DNA of 64,000 nt from Anthoceros angustus (lineage: Eukaryota > Plantae > Anthocerotophyta). Shown one piece after another: positions 34,851 through 47,638 of the stretch. A model generated the notes under the pieces. It worked only from the letters and a program-made list of their open reading frames with translations, searched no databases and was not told the DNA's origin. Every line of letters starts with the position of its first letter. The stretch's first letter is position 1. The translations under genes and the position numbers were made by a program. Where the stretch lies: NCBI GenBank assembly GCA_010909165.1, contig VJWM01000007.1, positions 310,001-374,000 of the forward strand, read 5' to 3'.

Positions 34851-36699
34851 TTCACGAGGGATATTCGGGTCCGGGGCCCCAAGGATCCAACCCCCCCGCC
34901 ACCGACACAACAAAGTCAAGCCTTCAACCGGGAACGGGGTTCTCCGCGCTCCACGTTTCCTCCCTCCACTCCAATCCAATTGCATGAATTATTTTGCAGC
35001 CAACATATTAAACCGGGCCCTCGGCTCCTGCGTCTTTGTCCGCCGTACTCTCCGATTCATCTCCCATCTGTATATTGTAGGTACCTAGGATGTACGCACG
35101 ATTTCCAAAAAATCTAGTCGTGTATATTCTACTCTCCACGCCCACACACGTTTACTCCCCTTTCGATGCAACGGCTTTTTCAAATTATTGCTCCGTCTTT
35201 GCTTTCTGCCCATGCTAACAATCTTAACCATATTCTGGCATATTTTATAAATAAAAAATAATATAAGATGATTCGAAAGATGTATGTACCTCCAACGGAC
35301 CACTGATCTCGGATATTTCAGCATGCGCTACCGAGCTGATACCGATTTGATCAATGGGTTACCCGGATAACTGCTTTTACCTTACTACCAACCAGGGCTT
35401 CAGCTTGAAGCGGTTTTCTTGCGGGTCCCATACACACAAAACAAGGACACAGACACAGGCAATGGAGTTAACCCCAGAATCGGCGGGAACCTCCTGCCCG
35501 GGGGATCACAGGATCGTGTTTGCTATCTTTGGAAGGTAGCATCAAGGTTATTAACCAGCCAAAATATCCGGACGGGCCGCCAACCTGGCCCACGGAGACA
35601 CAGTCTTGAACTTGGAAGTGTTCCGGTCCAAGTTCGGTTTTTCCTGAACGTGTCCGATGAAAACGCAGTTTGCGCGGGCATCTCAAATAAACTAAGGTAA
35701 CGGAGCTCTATCCGTGGAACCCCATAATATTCAGCAGCCCGGGACCGGGGCTCCGTTTGTGTCTAACCACGCCTATATACAAGAGGAGGGAAGGAGAAAG
35801 GAATCATTCATGGTTTAAGTAGTGCATCCCGGATATTTCAGGCCTACGAATATCCATAGCCACACATGCCAAGGGGTCCTCAGGCCTGCCATATTGAGGG
35901 GTTGTAGTGGGATGTAGCTGTACCTTCGTCGGTAAGAAGTGCACCAATGTATAGTTAATGGACCTTTATCTTATATTAAAGAGGGTAGTTTGGTACAAAA
36001 AACTCGCGCGTGAGAGTAAATTGGACCAAATTGCATTGATGACAGGCCTTGGGATTCTTCACACTCATCTCCAAAATCCCAGAAATAGGTGCATCTCCTC
36101 ACACATACTAGGTTGCCTTAGTGTTCACATGACCTCCACCCCAGGATAGTCAGTCAAATTCAACAGAGTCTTGTGCAGGAATCCGCAGGACTCTCAACAC
36201 ATTTGCAGCTAGGAAACGAAACTAAGCATAACGTCATGGTGGGTCCCAAACCAGTACTCAATACAACATACTGAAAAGCTTAGGAAACAAAATTAAGCAT
36301 GACGTATGAGGGGGTACTCAATATATGTAGCATGTTGAATAGCTTTTAATTTAAAACTATCATGAGAACACAAACCCCTAAACATTCATAAATCTAATAT
36401 AAGGTAGAAGGGTTTGGCATCACACAATGAACAATTCAGACACCAACTGAAGGATAGATGAAAGACTAACACAAACTAGAAAACTTCCGAAACTAAACCT
36501 GAAGTGATATATTATTATATTCTACCCTTCCCATACATCACTAAACCTGAAGTGACACATTATTATATTCTACCCTCTCCATACATCTAAGATAATTACG
36601 TCCACAAACTTCACATGTGTGTATGATGTCCACTCTTAGGCCCCAAATGTCATACATCTAAGCACACAAATGTTACCAGGTTTGCATCCAAAAAACTAC

Positions 36700-37100
36700 G
36701 AATTGTTAAGCAAGTGCACACATATGATGGTGAGAAATGTACACATCATTGATCATGTTGCTTGACAAGACTACAAGACATCCATACAATTGATATCCAC
36801 ACATACGGCACCCTGCCCAACAAAAGGTGTTCAAAGCCATTGCATCAAGCATGCCTCTTGCAAAGTATCCAAGCCACCACAATCTTAATTTAATTTCGTG
36901 CTCTTCAAACGCCATAAGAGTAAACAATTGATACTTATATTTATTTACTCCAAATGTTGAATCCATGACTATCAAATTGTTGGGCCAATGTCAAACACAA
37001 ATTGGCAACATGAAATCAATTTCGATGCTCAAGATAAACGATTCATCCTCTTTCAAAGCTCAGGTCCATGAGGTCATACTTTGTTGTTCTCATAATGAAG
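36700..37100 (-). mobile_element. Mutator/MULE transposase remnant
   Basis: ESFILSIEIDFML...NNLIVMDSTFGVNKYKYQLFTLMAFEEH matches the MULE DDE first-Asp motif (MDSTF..NKY...LFT.M). Stops are present. Confidence 0.7.
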
Positions 37101-38643
37101 GTGCCAGATTTGTTGATGTCCAATTACAAGTTATGAATATACATTGACAAGTCAATCTTTGACAAGTTGACACTTGACAAGTTGTGAATGTAGAGGAATC
37201 TTTGACTTCTTTCAGCTAAAGCTTGAAGAGAAGGTGAAAATTCGGTAGGGCGCACCTTTGCCACCCACCACGAGATGTAAAAAGTAGAATCTAAGCTCTC
37301 CTTGTAAATTGACCGTATGTTATGAAGTGAGCGAAAGTGTATTTAAGCCTTGGACCTTTGCCATTACCTCTGCAAAACTGATAATTATCTGAGCAAACAC
37401 TAATAAGAAACGGGGTTTTTTTCTAGTAGCAAATATAACAGAGAGCAGAGATTTTAGCATCAGATCGGTTTATACGAGGCTTTTGGATCGACGTATAATT
37501 TTTATGTATAGTTGTGGTGGTACTTTCGCTGACGGCCAGCCGGGCGCGCACTTGTCCCGTGTCGTTGCAATATGGGGTCCGTTCTCAAGGGAATGTCTTG
37601 TTCCGTTATACACATCCGTGGCCAAACACTCTCCGCCGTTAAAGCACGATGGCTTACCTGAGGTCGCCCACCTCAACGAGTTCGTTTTTCTTCCTCTACC
37701 CCGCCCTACTCGTTCACCGTACAGGCCCGGGATGACCAAATGTTTAAGGACCCGTATACGTCCGAAATCTACCGATCTTCTCTTACTCCCTTCCCTACTT
37801 CGTTTCCCCTACCGTTCTTGCTTACGCCCAATATGCCAGTTGAGGCTCACGATCGAGCATGCGTAGGCTGCAGACCTCCGCATCGCGTTCACCAAGTCTC
37901 TTCGTCCGGGCTCTGCACGCCCTCTCGGAGTCCGGCTACGCATGCCCGCTCCGGTCCGTCTCTCGTCGAACCTCTGTCCGGGAGGAGCAGGGGTCCGGGG
38001 TCCTTCGCACCTATACACACACACCACCACGCGTTAGGGTCCGTCACCAGGACCTGGATCAGTCTCTCCGGAGTAGTCTTGCCCGCTCAGTGACTCGAGA
38101 CTCGCGTTAGCAAGAGACACACAAGGGCCTGCAAGGATAACGCGGTATCAACCCCAAAAGAAAGATCCCTTTACTTGAATGGCAATCGCCCTCTTATACT
38201 ACGTCCTGAGGGAGCGCCTTTATTACACCCCTAATCCAAGCTAATGTCCAGCTCACTATGCCCTAGCAAGTGGCCTCCTCTTCCTATCTTCCTACTGCGT
38301 CTCGGCCGGTGGGGCATGGTTGATCATGATTCCTCCACATGAGTGCGGAGCACCCAATACTCCGCCTCCGCCCGCGCTCGGGCGCACCAATCGGATGATC
38401 CGCAACCCCCGGAGTCCCGCGGAGGCTCTTCCCCTGCCTCTAATTCTGTCAGGCTGCACCACTGGTGGTGGACTAACAACTACAGTGACCATTACGTCCT
38501 CTTCGATCACTATCCACTGGCGCGCAGGTGGGTTCCTGCTCTGCGGGTCCGTCCGGAGCCCGTTCTTCCTGGGATGGTTGAGATTGACTCTCAACCGCCC
38601 CCTATCTCCACTCCCGGGGTAAGACCTATTGGACTCGTTCTCT

Positions 38644-38800
38644 CCTCCTGAGTCTGGACTTCGGGGTCCACGCTCTCTCCCTGAGTCCGGACCTCGGGGT
38701 CCGTCCTCGCCTCCTGAGTCCGGACCTCGGGGTCCGTCCTCACCTCCTGAGTCCGGACCTCGGGGTCCGTCCTCGCCTCCTGAGTCCGGACCTCGGGGTT
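38644..38800. repeat. 33-bp tandem repeat, ~5 copies, in the 3' non-coding region of element A
   Basis: Repeated unit cctgagtccggacctcggggtccgtcctcgcct. Related cccgaggtccggact arrays occur in copy B at ~54530-54950. Confidence 0.9.
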
Positions 38801-41009
38801 TGTGCTCTCCGATCTCCAGACATCCAAGTCCGGAGTTTCCCCCAAGGGTCCGACTTCCCTTCCGGACCCACCCTTCCTTCGTTCCGTTGCCTCCTTCCCT
38901 CCTGCACTAGGTCCCCTAGCCGCACCTCCGGGGCTTCCCCTTCTGTGTTCTGCTCCTGAGCTCTCTCTTCCTCTCCCGACATTGGGTGTGACGGACCTAC
39001 CTCTGGTCTTGCTGTCTCCGCCGCCTCACCCTCCTCCGGTCAACCTTCCTCCTCTGGGCCCTCCCCGCTGCTGCTCTCGTCACCAAACAAGGCTCCCAGG
39101 TTCCCTGTGGCGGCGCTCTCCCCTAGGCCCTCGTCTCTCAGGCTTCCCTTACGTGTTACGCTCACAGGCTCTCTCTCTTCCTCTCCAGGCATTGGGTGTG
39201 GCGGACCTACCTCGGTCTTCTTGTCTCGCCTCACCCTCCTCGGTCAACCTTCCTCCTCTGGGCCCTCCCCGCTGCTGCTCTCGTCACCAAACAGGGCTCC
39301 CAGATTCCCTGTGGCGGCGCTCTCCCCTAGGCCCTCGTCTCTCCAGGCTCCCTCCGACTCCTCTGGCGGTCCTTCAATCTCAGCAGCGTGGTGTGCTGCC
39401 CCTACCGCCTTCAGGAGCTCCGCGTGATAATACGCAAAGTCGGAGTGGACCTGTTGGATGGCCTCCTCCACATGAGTGCGGAGCACCCAATACTCCCGCC
39501 TCCAGAGATTCTCCGGCAGCTGGGCGTGCCTTGTTGCTTGTTGTGACGTCCCCTTCGCGAGGTCGTCCAGCTTGGTCCTGTCCGAGTCCCGTAAAGCCGT
39601 TAAGGCGGCCTCCGCCACTTCCTGGAGTCATTGCCTCTCCTTGGCGCGCTCCTCCTCTGCCTTGCCACCGCCCCTACCGCCTTTCGGCCATGGACCAGAG
39701 TTCCGCCTCCGCCTTCCGTAGGCGGATCAGCAGCTTCTACTCCTCCCTCAGAGCCCTCTCTTGTCCTGCCATCTTTCTTTTCAGGGCCGCCATATCCTGT
39801 TCCTGCCGCCCCGGCAACTCCACTCGACGCCTAGTGTCGTCCAGCTCTCTTTCCAGCTTGGCAACGTCGTGCTCCTTGTTGCGCCGGCGACCCTCCTCCA
39901 CCCTCAAGAAAAGCTGGAGACGTTCCATCTCCTGCTCATGATCTCCTATCCGCCCTTGAAGGAGTCCATTCCTCTCTTCCACTACCCGGAGTCGCAGTTC
40001 CAGAGTCTCCTTTTGGCCTTCCAACTCATGACGATTTTCTTCCAAATCCTGGAGCTGCAGCCGGAGGTCCCCCAGCTCTCTGGTGCTTGCTTCCATCTCC
40101 TCATCCTTGGCCACGTGCGCTTGCTCCGCCACTTCACAGGTCATTGCCTCCTTGGCGCGCTCCTCCTCTGGGCCCTCCCGCCTCCGCCACTTCACAGGTC
40201 ATTGCCTCCTTCCCTCCCGCCTCCTCCACGGTTCCTATCCAAGCGGTAGTGGTCCCTATCCGCCTCTATTGCCCCCTTCAGCTGAGCCTCCAACGCCTGG
40301 CTCTGCTCCTGTCGGGCAGTCTCTGCCAATTCTTTGGCTCTCTCCGCTTGCCGACGTGCTTCCTCCACCTCTTCCCTGGTCACTTCCCTTCTCCGGCACA
40401 GGTCCTCCGCCCGCGCCTGCGACTCCCGAGTGTGCTTCAGCTGTTTGCACAGATGGAGCACCTTGGCCCTGTCCTGCTGGGCGGACCTTGCCTCTGTCTC
40501 GGCCGTTCGGCACTTCTCCTCCTCGACCCTCGCGAGGGACTCCGCCTTCCTCTTAGCAGCCTCTGCTGCCTTGCCACCGCCTGTCCTTAGAGCTCCACCA
40601 TTCGTCTTCGGGTGGCCTCCACTTCCTTGGTCTTCTCTGCTGTCCCGCAGAGTCCCCAGAGCATGCCGGCAGTCCATGACGGCTGACAAAACTCGCCGTG
40701 TCTCCTCCACGGTTGCCGCTGGCGAGACCCCCAAGAAGTCCATCGAGGGCGTAGGTGTCTCCCGGTCCGTTAAGGACTGCCATACCACCGCCTGGAGTGA
40801 GTCCGAATTAGGGACTCCGGACACAATCAGGACCCTTAGGTCCTCTCTGTCCTGAGCCAGCACTTCCACCTCCTTGGCTTTCTTTGCCGCTAACTCCTTC
40901 TCTACCCGCCTTCACTTGGGGTCCGGAGGTGGCGAGGGGGTTCGGGAGCTGGCCTGCTTTCCCCTTCGCGTAGGAGATAGGACTGGCTCGGGGTGGGGTT
41001 GCTGCCAAT

Positions 41010-44000
41010 TAAAGGAGTATATAATCCTAAGGTTATTTACCTTATTAAATCTAGGGTTATTAAGTAGACTCATAGGCAGTTGTTATGAGACCTAACCGTA
41101 ACTCATGCAACTCAACAATATGAAACATACTCTTTACAAAGATAACCGTCACTTGTTTATGTTTTTGCTCCTTCCCGTGCTCTCGCGCTGCCGCTGTCAC
41201 TGCACTTGCATCCGCTTTATGGTATCAGAGCCATGAATCTGCCTTCCTGTAGACGGTCATCGGCACCCTAGCGATACCGTGCCGATGTTCAGAGGGAGAC
41301 GATGCGAAGACACCATGTTGTGATGCAGTCTGCGGGCAGAGGTGCAAACAGAAAAATCCCGGTTCCCAGAATTCACCGCGAATTCATCTGCCAGGATTGC
41401 CGTGAGGCAGAAGATCAGATCTGCTCACGAACCCCCTCGATTCCTCGCCCAAGGGAGCGCATCGAAGTAATCTCTTGCGTTCCCTGCAGACCTTTCAACA
41501 ACAATCGGCGTTCAGATTTGGCCAAATCCCCTTCTCACCGCAGCAGCGAACTCGAAGAGTTGAACTTCAAGGTCAACCTACTCCAGGATTTGTTTAACAA
41601 TCTCAGCGACATGATCAACAAGCTACATCAGACCTGTGTGATCCACAAAGCGCTTGAGTCAGGACGGACGAAAAAGGAGTCACTTTTACCTTCGAGTTCG
41701 CGCTATTGCATTTAAGCAATTGTCTGCAGGGATGCAACTCGAGCCTGATGATGACAATGAGTTACATTTCAACGATGCTGGGATTATTACTCCGACCCGT
41801 GAGTTTCAACAACAAGGAAGGGACGGAGCCAGCATCGAGGACGAAGGCCTTCTGGAACCACCTTCTCCTGAGAGGCGACAGGATCAAGGGCTTTCAACCT
41901 GCTGTAACCATTGGTACAACATCACCAGGATTATTTGGCAGTCCACACTTTGGACAACAAAGCGGTGCAGCTTCATCATCTGCGAGCCATCAACAACCAG
42001 GAGTAGCTCCTGGACCAGGAATTGGTAACCCTATTCCGAATCCAGCAGCAAATCCTCCTGTAATGGCTCAACTTGCTGCACTTCTTCCTGGTACCTTGAA
42101 GATCGACTTTAAGGATCGTGATCGTTTTAACGGCACAGACTACACTGTATGGTCTATGAGGCTTACTCAAATTCTGGAGGAGAATGAGTTAATGGGAGTT
42201 GTCGATGGTTCTGAGCAATCACCAGTGCCAACTCCGACGAACGCTGACGATGTCCTAGCTTGGAAGCGGAAGGACAGGCGTGCACGTTCCATCATCATTG
42301 CTTCTTTGGATAGGACAATGATGCCTCACACTCTGAATGCCGTAACCTCTGCAACTGTGTGGAGAAATTTTACAACGATCTACAAGGACAAGAGCTCAGC
42401 CTCTTTGGTTCATTGTTTCCGAGGTTTATTCTACCTGCGGATGAAGGATGGGGAATCAGTGGAGTCCTACGTTAACAAGTTCAGGACTGCACGAGCCGAC
42501 CTTGCATATTGTGGGACTGTCCTTACAGAAGTCCAAGCAGCAACTGCTTTTCTGGCATCATTGCCGGAGGCTTATTCTTATTTTATCAGCGCTCGACATG
42601 CTAAGATAGACTCAGCACAACTACTTGCTGGTAGAGGTGTGCCCCACATATCTCTCGAGGACGTGTTTGGTGCACTCCTTGGAGAAGAGCGCATAAGAGC
42701 CCTGACTAAGCACAAGGGGCAGAGCCCTAATAGTAGCAGAGTACTCTTCACAGCTAGGGGCAGGGGCTCATGGCGTGGCAGAGGTGGTAGAGGCAGAGGC
42801 CTGCAATCCATAGCAAGGCAGCCTAATTTGCAGCGTAAGACTTTTAGTTGCAACTGGTGTAAAATCCCAGGTCACTATGAGCGTGACTGTAGGAAAAAGA
42901 CGGCTGGTGAGCCGAGGAGGGATGGACCTGCCGAGTCCAATATTGCTTCCACCAAGCCTACCTCAACTGTCAAATCACCTACCATTCTTGCTGTTTTCCT
43001 TTCATCCATTCAGATACAAACCGATATGTGGTTCTTAGATTCAGGAGCAACCAGCCATATTTGTTTTGATAAGTCTGCTTTTTGCACTTTCAAACCTGCT
43101 TCTGATGACAGACAGTTTGTTTTGCTTGGTGATGACAGTGGGTTAGCTATCAAAGGGACAGGTTCAGTCATGGTCCAACTTCCAGATAAGTCTACTCTTA
43201 CTCTGTCAAGCGTCCTTTTTGTACCATCCATGACTAAAAATCTCATGTCAGTACTTAAGTTATCACAAGAGCATGCTTGTAGAGTGTGTTTTGATCACAC
43301 AGGGTGCTCTGTTTCACATTTAGGCAACTGGTCAGAGATTTTCTCTGGAATCCCCTACCATGACTTGTATTTGCTGGATATTAGAAGTTTCATCCCTTCA
43401 GTGTCAGCCTATGTAGCGACTAGTCCTCATCTGACACCGACACAACTCTAGCATTGCAGACTAGGTCACGTTAACTTTCATAAGCTGTCTGCTGTCATTA
43501 AAAATGATGTCTTTAGGGAACCCTAGTCTTTTTCTTTTGATGATCATGCTTTTTGTGACGCCTATCAGACCAGCAAAGTTGTTTCTCAGCCTTGTAAGGA
43601 TAAACACCTGTCTAGAGCCACAAATCTGTTGCATAGTATCCATAGCGATATTTGTGGACCTATGTCAACAACATCTTTTGGTGGTGCCTCCTATTTCATA
43701 ACCTTTATCGATGAGTGGAGCCGTTACTGCACTATATATGTTCTTCATCACAAGAGTGAAGCCCTCTCGACCTGTCAACAGTATGTTCTCTTTGCTCAAC
43801 GACACACTGGCGCTAAGGTACGCATTTTAAGGACTGATAACGGCGGTGAGTATACTAGCAATGCCTTCGAGGATTTTTGTGCTTCAGAGGGAGTCCGGCG
43901 TCAATTCACAGTTCCCTACACACCTGCACAGAATGCATTTGCTGAGAAAAAGAACAGGACTTTACAAGAAGCAACTTTATCTAGCTTGTCTTTTGTTGGA

Positions 44001-47000
44001 CTGACAAGAGGTTATTGGGCAGAAGCCTTGTGTGCCGCAAATTATGTACAGAACCGCTTACCTACAAAGGAGCTAGGTATGGTGACACCTTATGAGCGAT
44101 GGACTGGAAAGAAACCTCGTGTTTCCCACCTTCGAGTTTTTGGAGCTCCTGCATATTCCCTCATTCCTCCTGCTTTGCGTTCTAAGCTTGACCCCAAGGC
44201 AGTTAGACACATTTTTGTTGGTTACTCTGACAATGTTAAAGGCTATAAGCTTTTCGATCCTCACACTCGTCAAGTTTCCTTCTCTCGCAGCGTTGTTTTT
44301 AATGAGGATGCCCTTCTTCGTCGTCATCAGACCATTCTTCAGCCAGACTCTTCTCTTTCTGTTCCTTCCATTCATGGTGTTGATGATACTGACGATTCCC
44401 CTGATCCTTCAGATGTCACTGTCTTTGATGTAGATTAGTCAGATTCACATTCTGCAGCTTCAGGGGGCAGCTCCCCACCAGTCATCTCTGCAGCACCACA
44501 GCATCCTGTCCAGTCACCACAACCTCCCAGTCTCACGCCCACGATAAGTTCTCTTTCCACTGGTGACGGTTGTTCTGTGTTACCGATCCTTCATCCGACC
44601 ATCCTCGGTTTTGACCCCGAACCGGCTGATCCTCCGCACTGCTGAGTCTGGTGATGCACCAGCCTACCTCACCTGTTCTTAGGCGTTCTACTCGTGTTAA
44701 ACGTCCCATGTCTGAGTGGGCTGAGCCTCCCTTTGTAGCTGGTCTTGCACGCAGCTTTCCCAAACCGCACCAACCTGTCTCTCCACCCTCATCTTCATTA
44801 GGAGAACCTGCTACATATTTGGAAGCCATTACAGGCCCTGAAGCTGAGCAGTGGAAGGCAGCAATTGAGTCAGAGTACAATTCACTTATTGAAAATCAGA
44901 CTTGGACTTTAGTGGATTTACCTCAGGGTAGGAAACCTGTTGCCTGCAAATGGGTGTTTAAGAAGAAGCTTAATACTGACGGAACAGTTGGTCGATACAA
45001 GGCCCGCTTAGTAGCAAAGGGTTATAGCCAAGTCGAGGGACTTGACTACAATGAGACTTTTGCACCGGTAGTTAAGGGCACTTCTGTCAGAATCTTGCTT
45101 GCTCTTGCAGCTCAATATGGTTTAATTGTGCACCAGCTTGACGTTAAAACTGCCTTTCTCCATGGATCCCTAGAAGAGGAAATATATATGGCCTAGCCAG
45201 AAGGCTATGTTGTGGACACAAGGAAAGTATGCAAGTTGTTGAAGACATTGTATGGCCTTAAGCAGTCTTCGCGGGCCTGGAATGAAACTTTCCATGCACT
45301 CTTAATAGAACTTGGCTTCATATGTTTAGCAGCTGATACTAGCGTGTATATTCTGTGGGACCAGGATGATTTTATTATCATTTCCGTTTACGTAGATGAT
45401 AACTTCCTGTTCTGTACTTCTGCTGCTTTGATGGATAGAATAAAGAAGGTTCTGCTAGCTCGTTTTGAGATGACAAACTTAGGACAACTTACTTTCTCAC
45501 TTGGAGTGCAATTTCAATTTGGTGATTCTGGCCACAGCATACACATACATCAAGAGCACTTTGTGCAGCAACTCTTGAAGCGGTTCAACATGGAGGACTG
45601 CAGACCTGTTGCCACACCTATGGCCACTGGTGAGAAGTTGTCAAACGAGGATTGTCCAGTCACACAGGCAGACAAAGATGAGATGAGTAAGTGAACCTAT
45701 CGTCAGGATGTCGGATGTTTAATCTACTTAGCTGCCTGGACCAGATTTGATATAGCCCGTGCTGTCAGCAACGTGTCTCAGTTTCTTGAGAACCCTAGAG
45801 AGGTTCATTGGACTGCCGTGAAGTGCATTTTTCGTTATTTGAAGGGGACTGCTAGGCATGGTTTGCAATATCAGAGACAGCCTAAGGGCTTGCGTTTGGT
45901 TTCGTACTGCGATGCTGATTGGGCTGGAGACCCAGATACACGTCGAAGTGTGGCTGCATACTGCAATATACTTGGTGGTTCTGCCGTGTCCTGGAGTAGT
46001 AAGAAACTTACAACTATTTGTCTTTCATCGACTTAGGCAGAATATGGAGCACTGTCACAAGCAGCCCGAGAAGTAATCTGGATTAGATCTTTCCTCAAGG
46101 GGCTACAACAGCTTGTTCTAGGAGCTACTCAACTCTGGTGTGACAATCAATCTGCAATTGCTTTATCACAAAATCCAGTGTTTCACGCAAGAAGCAAGCA
46201 TATTGAGATCACACATCATTTTATTAGACAAGCAGCAGACACAGGTGAAGTTGTGGTCAACTACATTTTTACAGAAGAGAACATTGCCGATTTGCTGACT
46301 AAGGCACTTTCTAAGCCACTGCACCAGAAACATTCCTCAGCAGGTGGTTTACATGAGGTCCCAGCCTCAGCAGTTAAAGGTAAGGCACACTGAAGAGTGC
46401 CAGCAGCATCAGTCCTCATGCTTGAGGTAACCCTGTTTCACCATTTCTTCTTTGAGCTTGTCCAATAGTGCAGCTACTTTTTTGGTTTCCCCAAGAAGAG
46501 ATGTAAGTAGTGAGGCAAGCATAGCTGGGTTAGACTCATAGCTTGTTGATGAGATGCTGTGTTAAAGGACAGTAGAGCAGGGATGCGGGAGGATGAAGCT
46601 ACAACTTACATGTAAGCGTCGTGTCCACTTGCTTGCTGCTGTTAGTACTTGAAAGAATTTCAGCAGCACGTTTTTCTGCATCCTGTATCATAATAGCTCC
46701 TATCAGAATGCTAGTCCGTTTCTTCTCTACCTGCATGCTCAAGACTCTCCTCGCTGATCACATGATGGTAGTAGTAATCATGCTCCCCATCTTCACGCGG
46801 GAATGCTCTCTTCATCAGATCCTTGTACTCCTCCCTTGTGATCCTAGTCAGTCTCCTTTCAACTTCAGTCACTGGGAAGGCCACACACTGGGGAGTATGC
46901 CAGACCTCAATCCTAGTTTGACGACAGGGCATCATTGCATCAGCCCTTGTCCTCACCTCCAGCAGAGCCATCTCCTCTTCCTTGGTCTTTGTTTCTGTTT

Positions 47001-47638
47001 ATGTCCACAGGAAGATACTCGCAGCTGATGGAGTGGAGAATCCACTGTCTTGGCGTGAATGAGGAAGCTGGGAGCCAGCGTTTGCCACAGTGGAGGCACT
47101 CAAGGCCATTCGACATGGCATCCATCAGCATGCAGCAGTGCGAGCAGGATTGCCACAGTCGTACCAAGAGGCGGGTCACGCAGAAGATAAGGATTTCAGC
47201 AATCCCCACGAGTCTCAGGCATTGGAGCGTGGAGAATGGGAGCGCCATCCTTTATGGCAGCAAGGGAGCGTAATTGTGACAACCAGGCGTTTGTGGAGTA
47301 GAGAGCACAGTCCTTGGAGGCCAGCTAGTCAGTTTTGAGCGCAAAAAGATGCCCGCGTGTTTAGCTTGAACCCGTGGTGTCCTTCAGTTTTGTTTCTCCA
47401 TTTATTGCCCATTTCGTCTAAGAGGGAGTAAAGGAGTACATAATCCTAAGGTTATTTACCTTATTAAATCTAGGGTTATTAAGTAGACTCATAGGCAGTT
47501 GTTATGAGACCTAACCGTAACTCATGCAACTCAACAATATGAAACATATTCTTTACAAAGATAACCGTCACTTGTTTATGTTTTTGCTCGTTCCCATGCT
47601 CTCGCGCTGCCGCTGTCACCGCACTTGCATCCGCTTTA
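41010..47638 (+). mobile_element. Full-length defective Ty1/Copia retrotransposon with 210-bp LTRs (41010-41219, 47429-47638) and a 5-bp TSD CCAAT
   Basis: TSD at 41005-41009 and 47639-47643. PBS TGGTATCAGAGC (tRNA-iMet) at 41220. [12 protein letters not shown] at 47420-47428. I counted 5 mismatches between the LTRs. Confidence 0.96.
41706..46393 (+). pseudogene. Copia gag-PR-IN-RT-RH polyprotein with in-frame stops
   Basis: Zinc knuckle CNWCKIPGHYERDC, protease WFLDSGATSH, integrase HSDICGP/FIDEWSR/LRTDNGGEY, RT YKARLVAKGYSQ/HQLDVKTAFL/YVDD, RNase H YCDADWAGD/ARSKHIE. Premature TAG at 43449 and 45194, plus further stops. Confidence 0.95.

Noticed and set aside
33437-35088. Several Pro/Gly/Glu-rich ORFs upstream of CSLA
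   Set aside because: They arise from low-complexity CT/GA tracts.
38644-38800. Regular repeats here and at 54530-54950 and 56085-56190 considered as a CRISPR-like array
   Set aside because: Units are directly tandem without unique spacers, lie inside an LTR element, and there are no cas genes; the context is eukaryotic.
41302-41715. 137-aa ORF upstream of Copia gag
   Set aside because: Could be a frameshifted gag N-terminus or leader; there is no independent support from a single copy.
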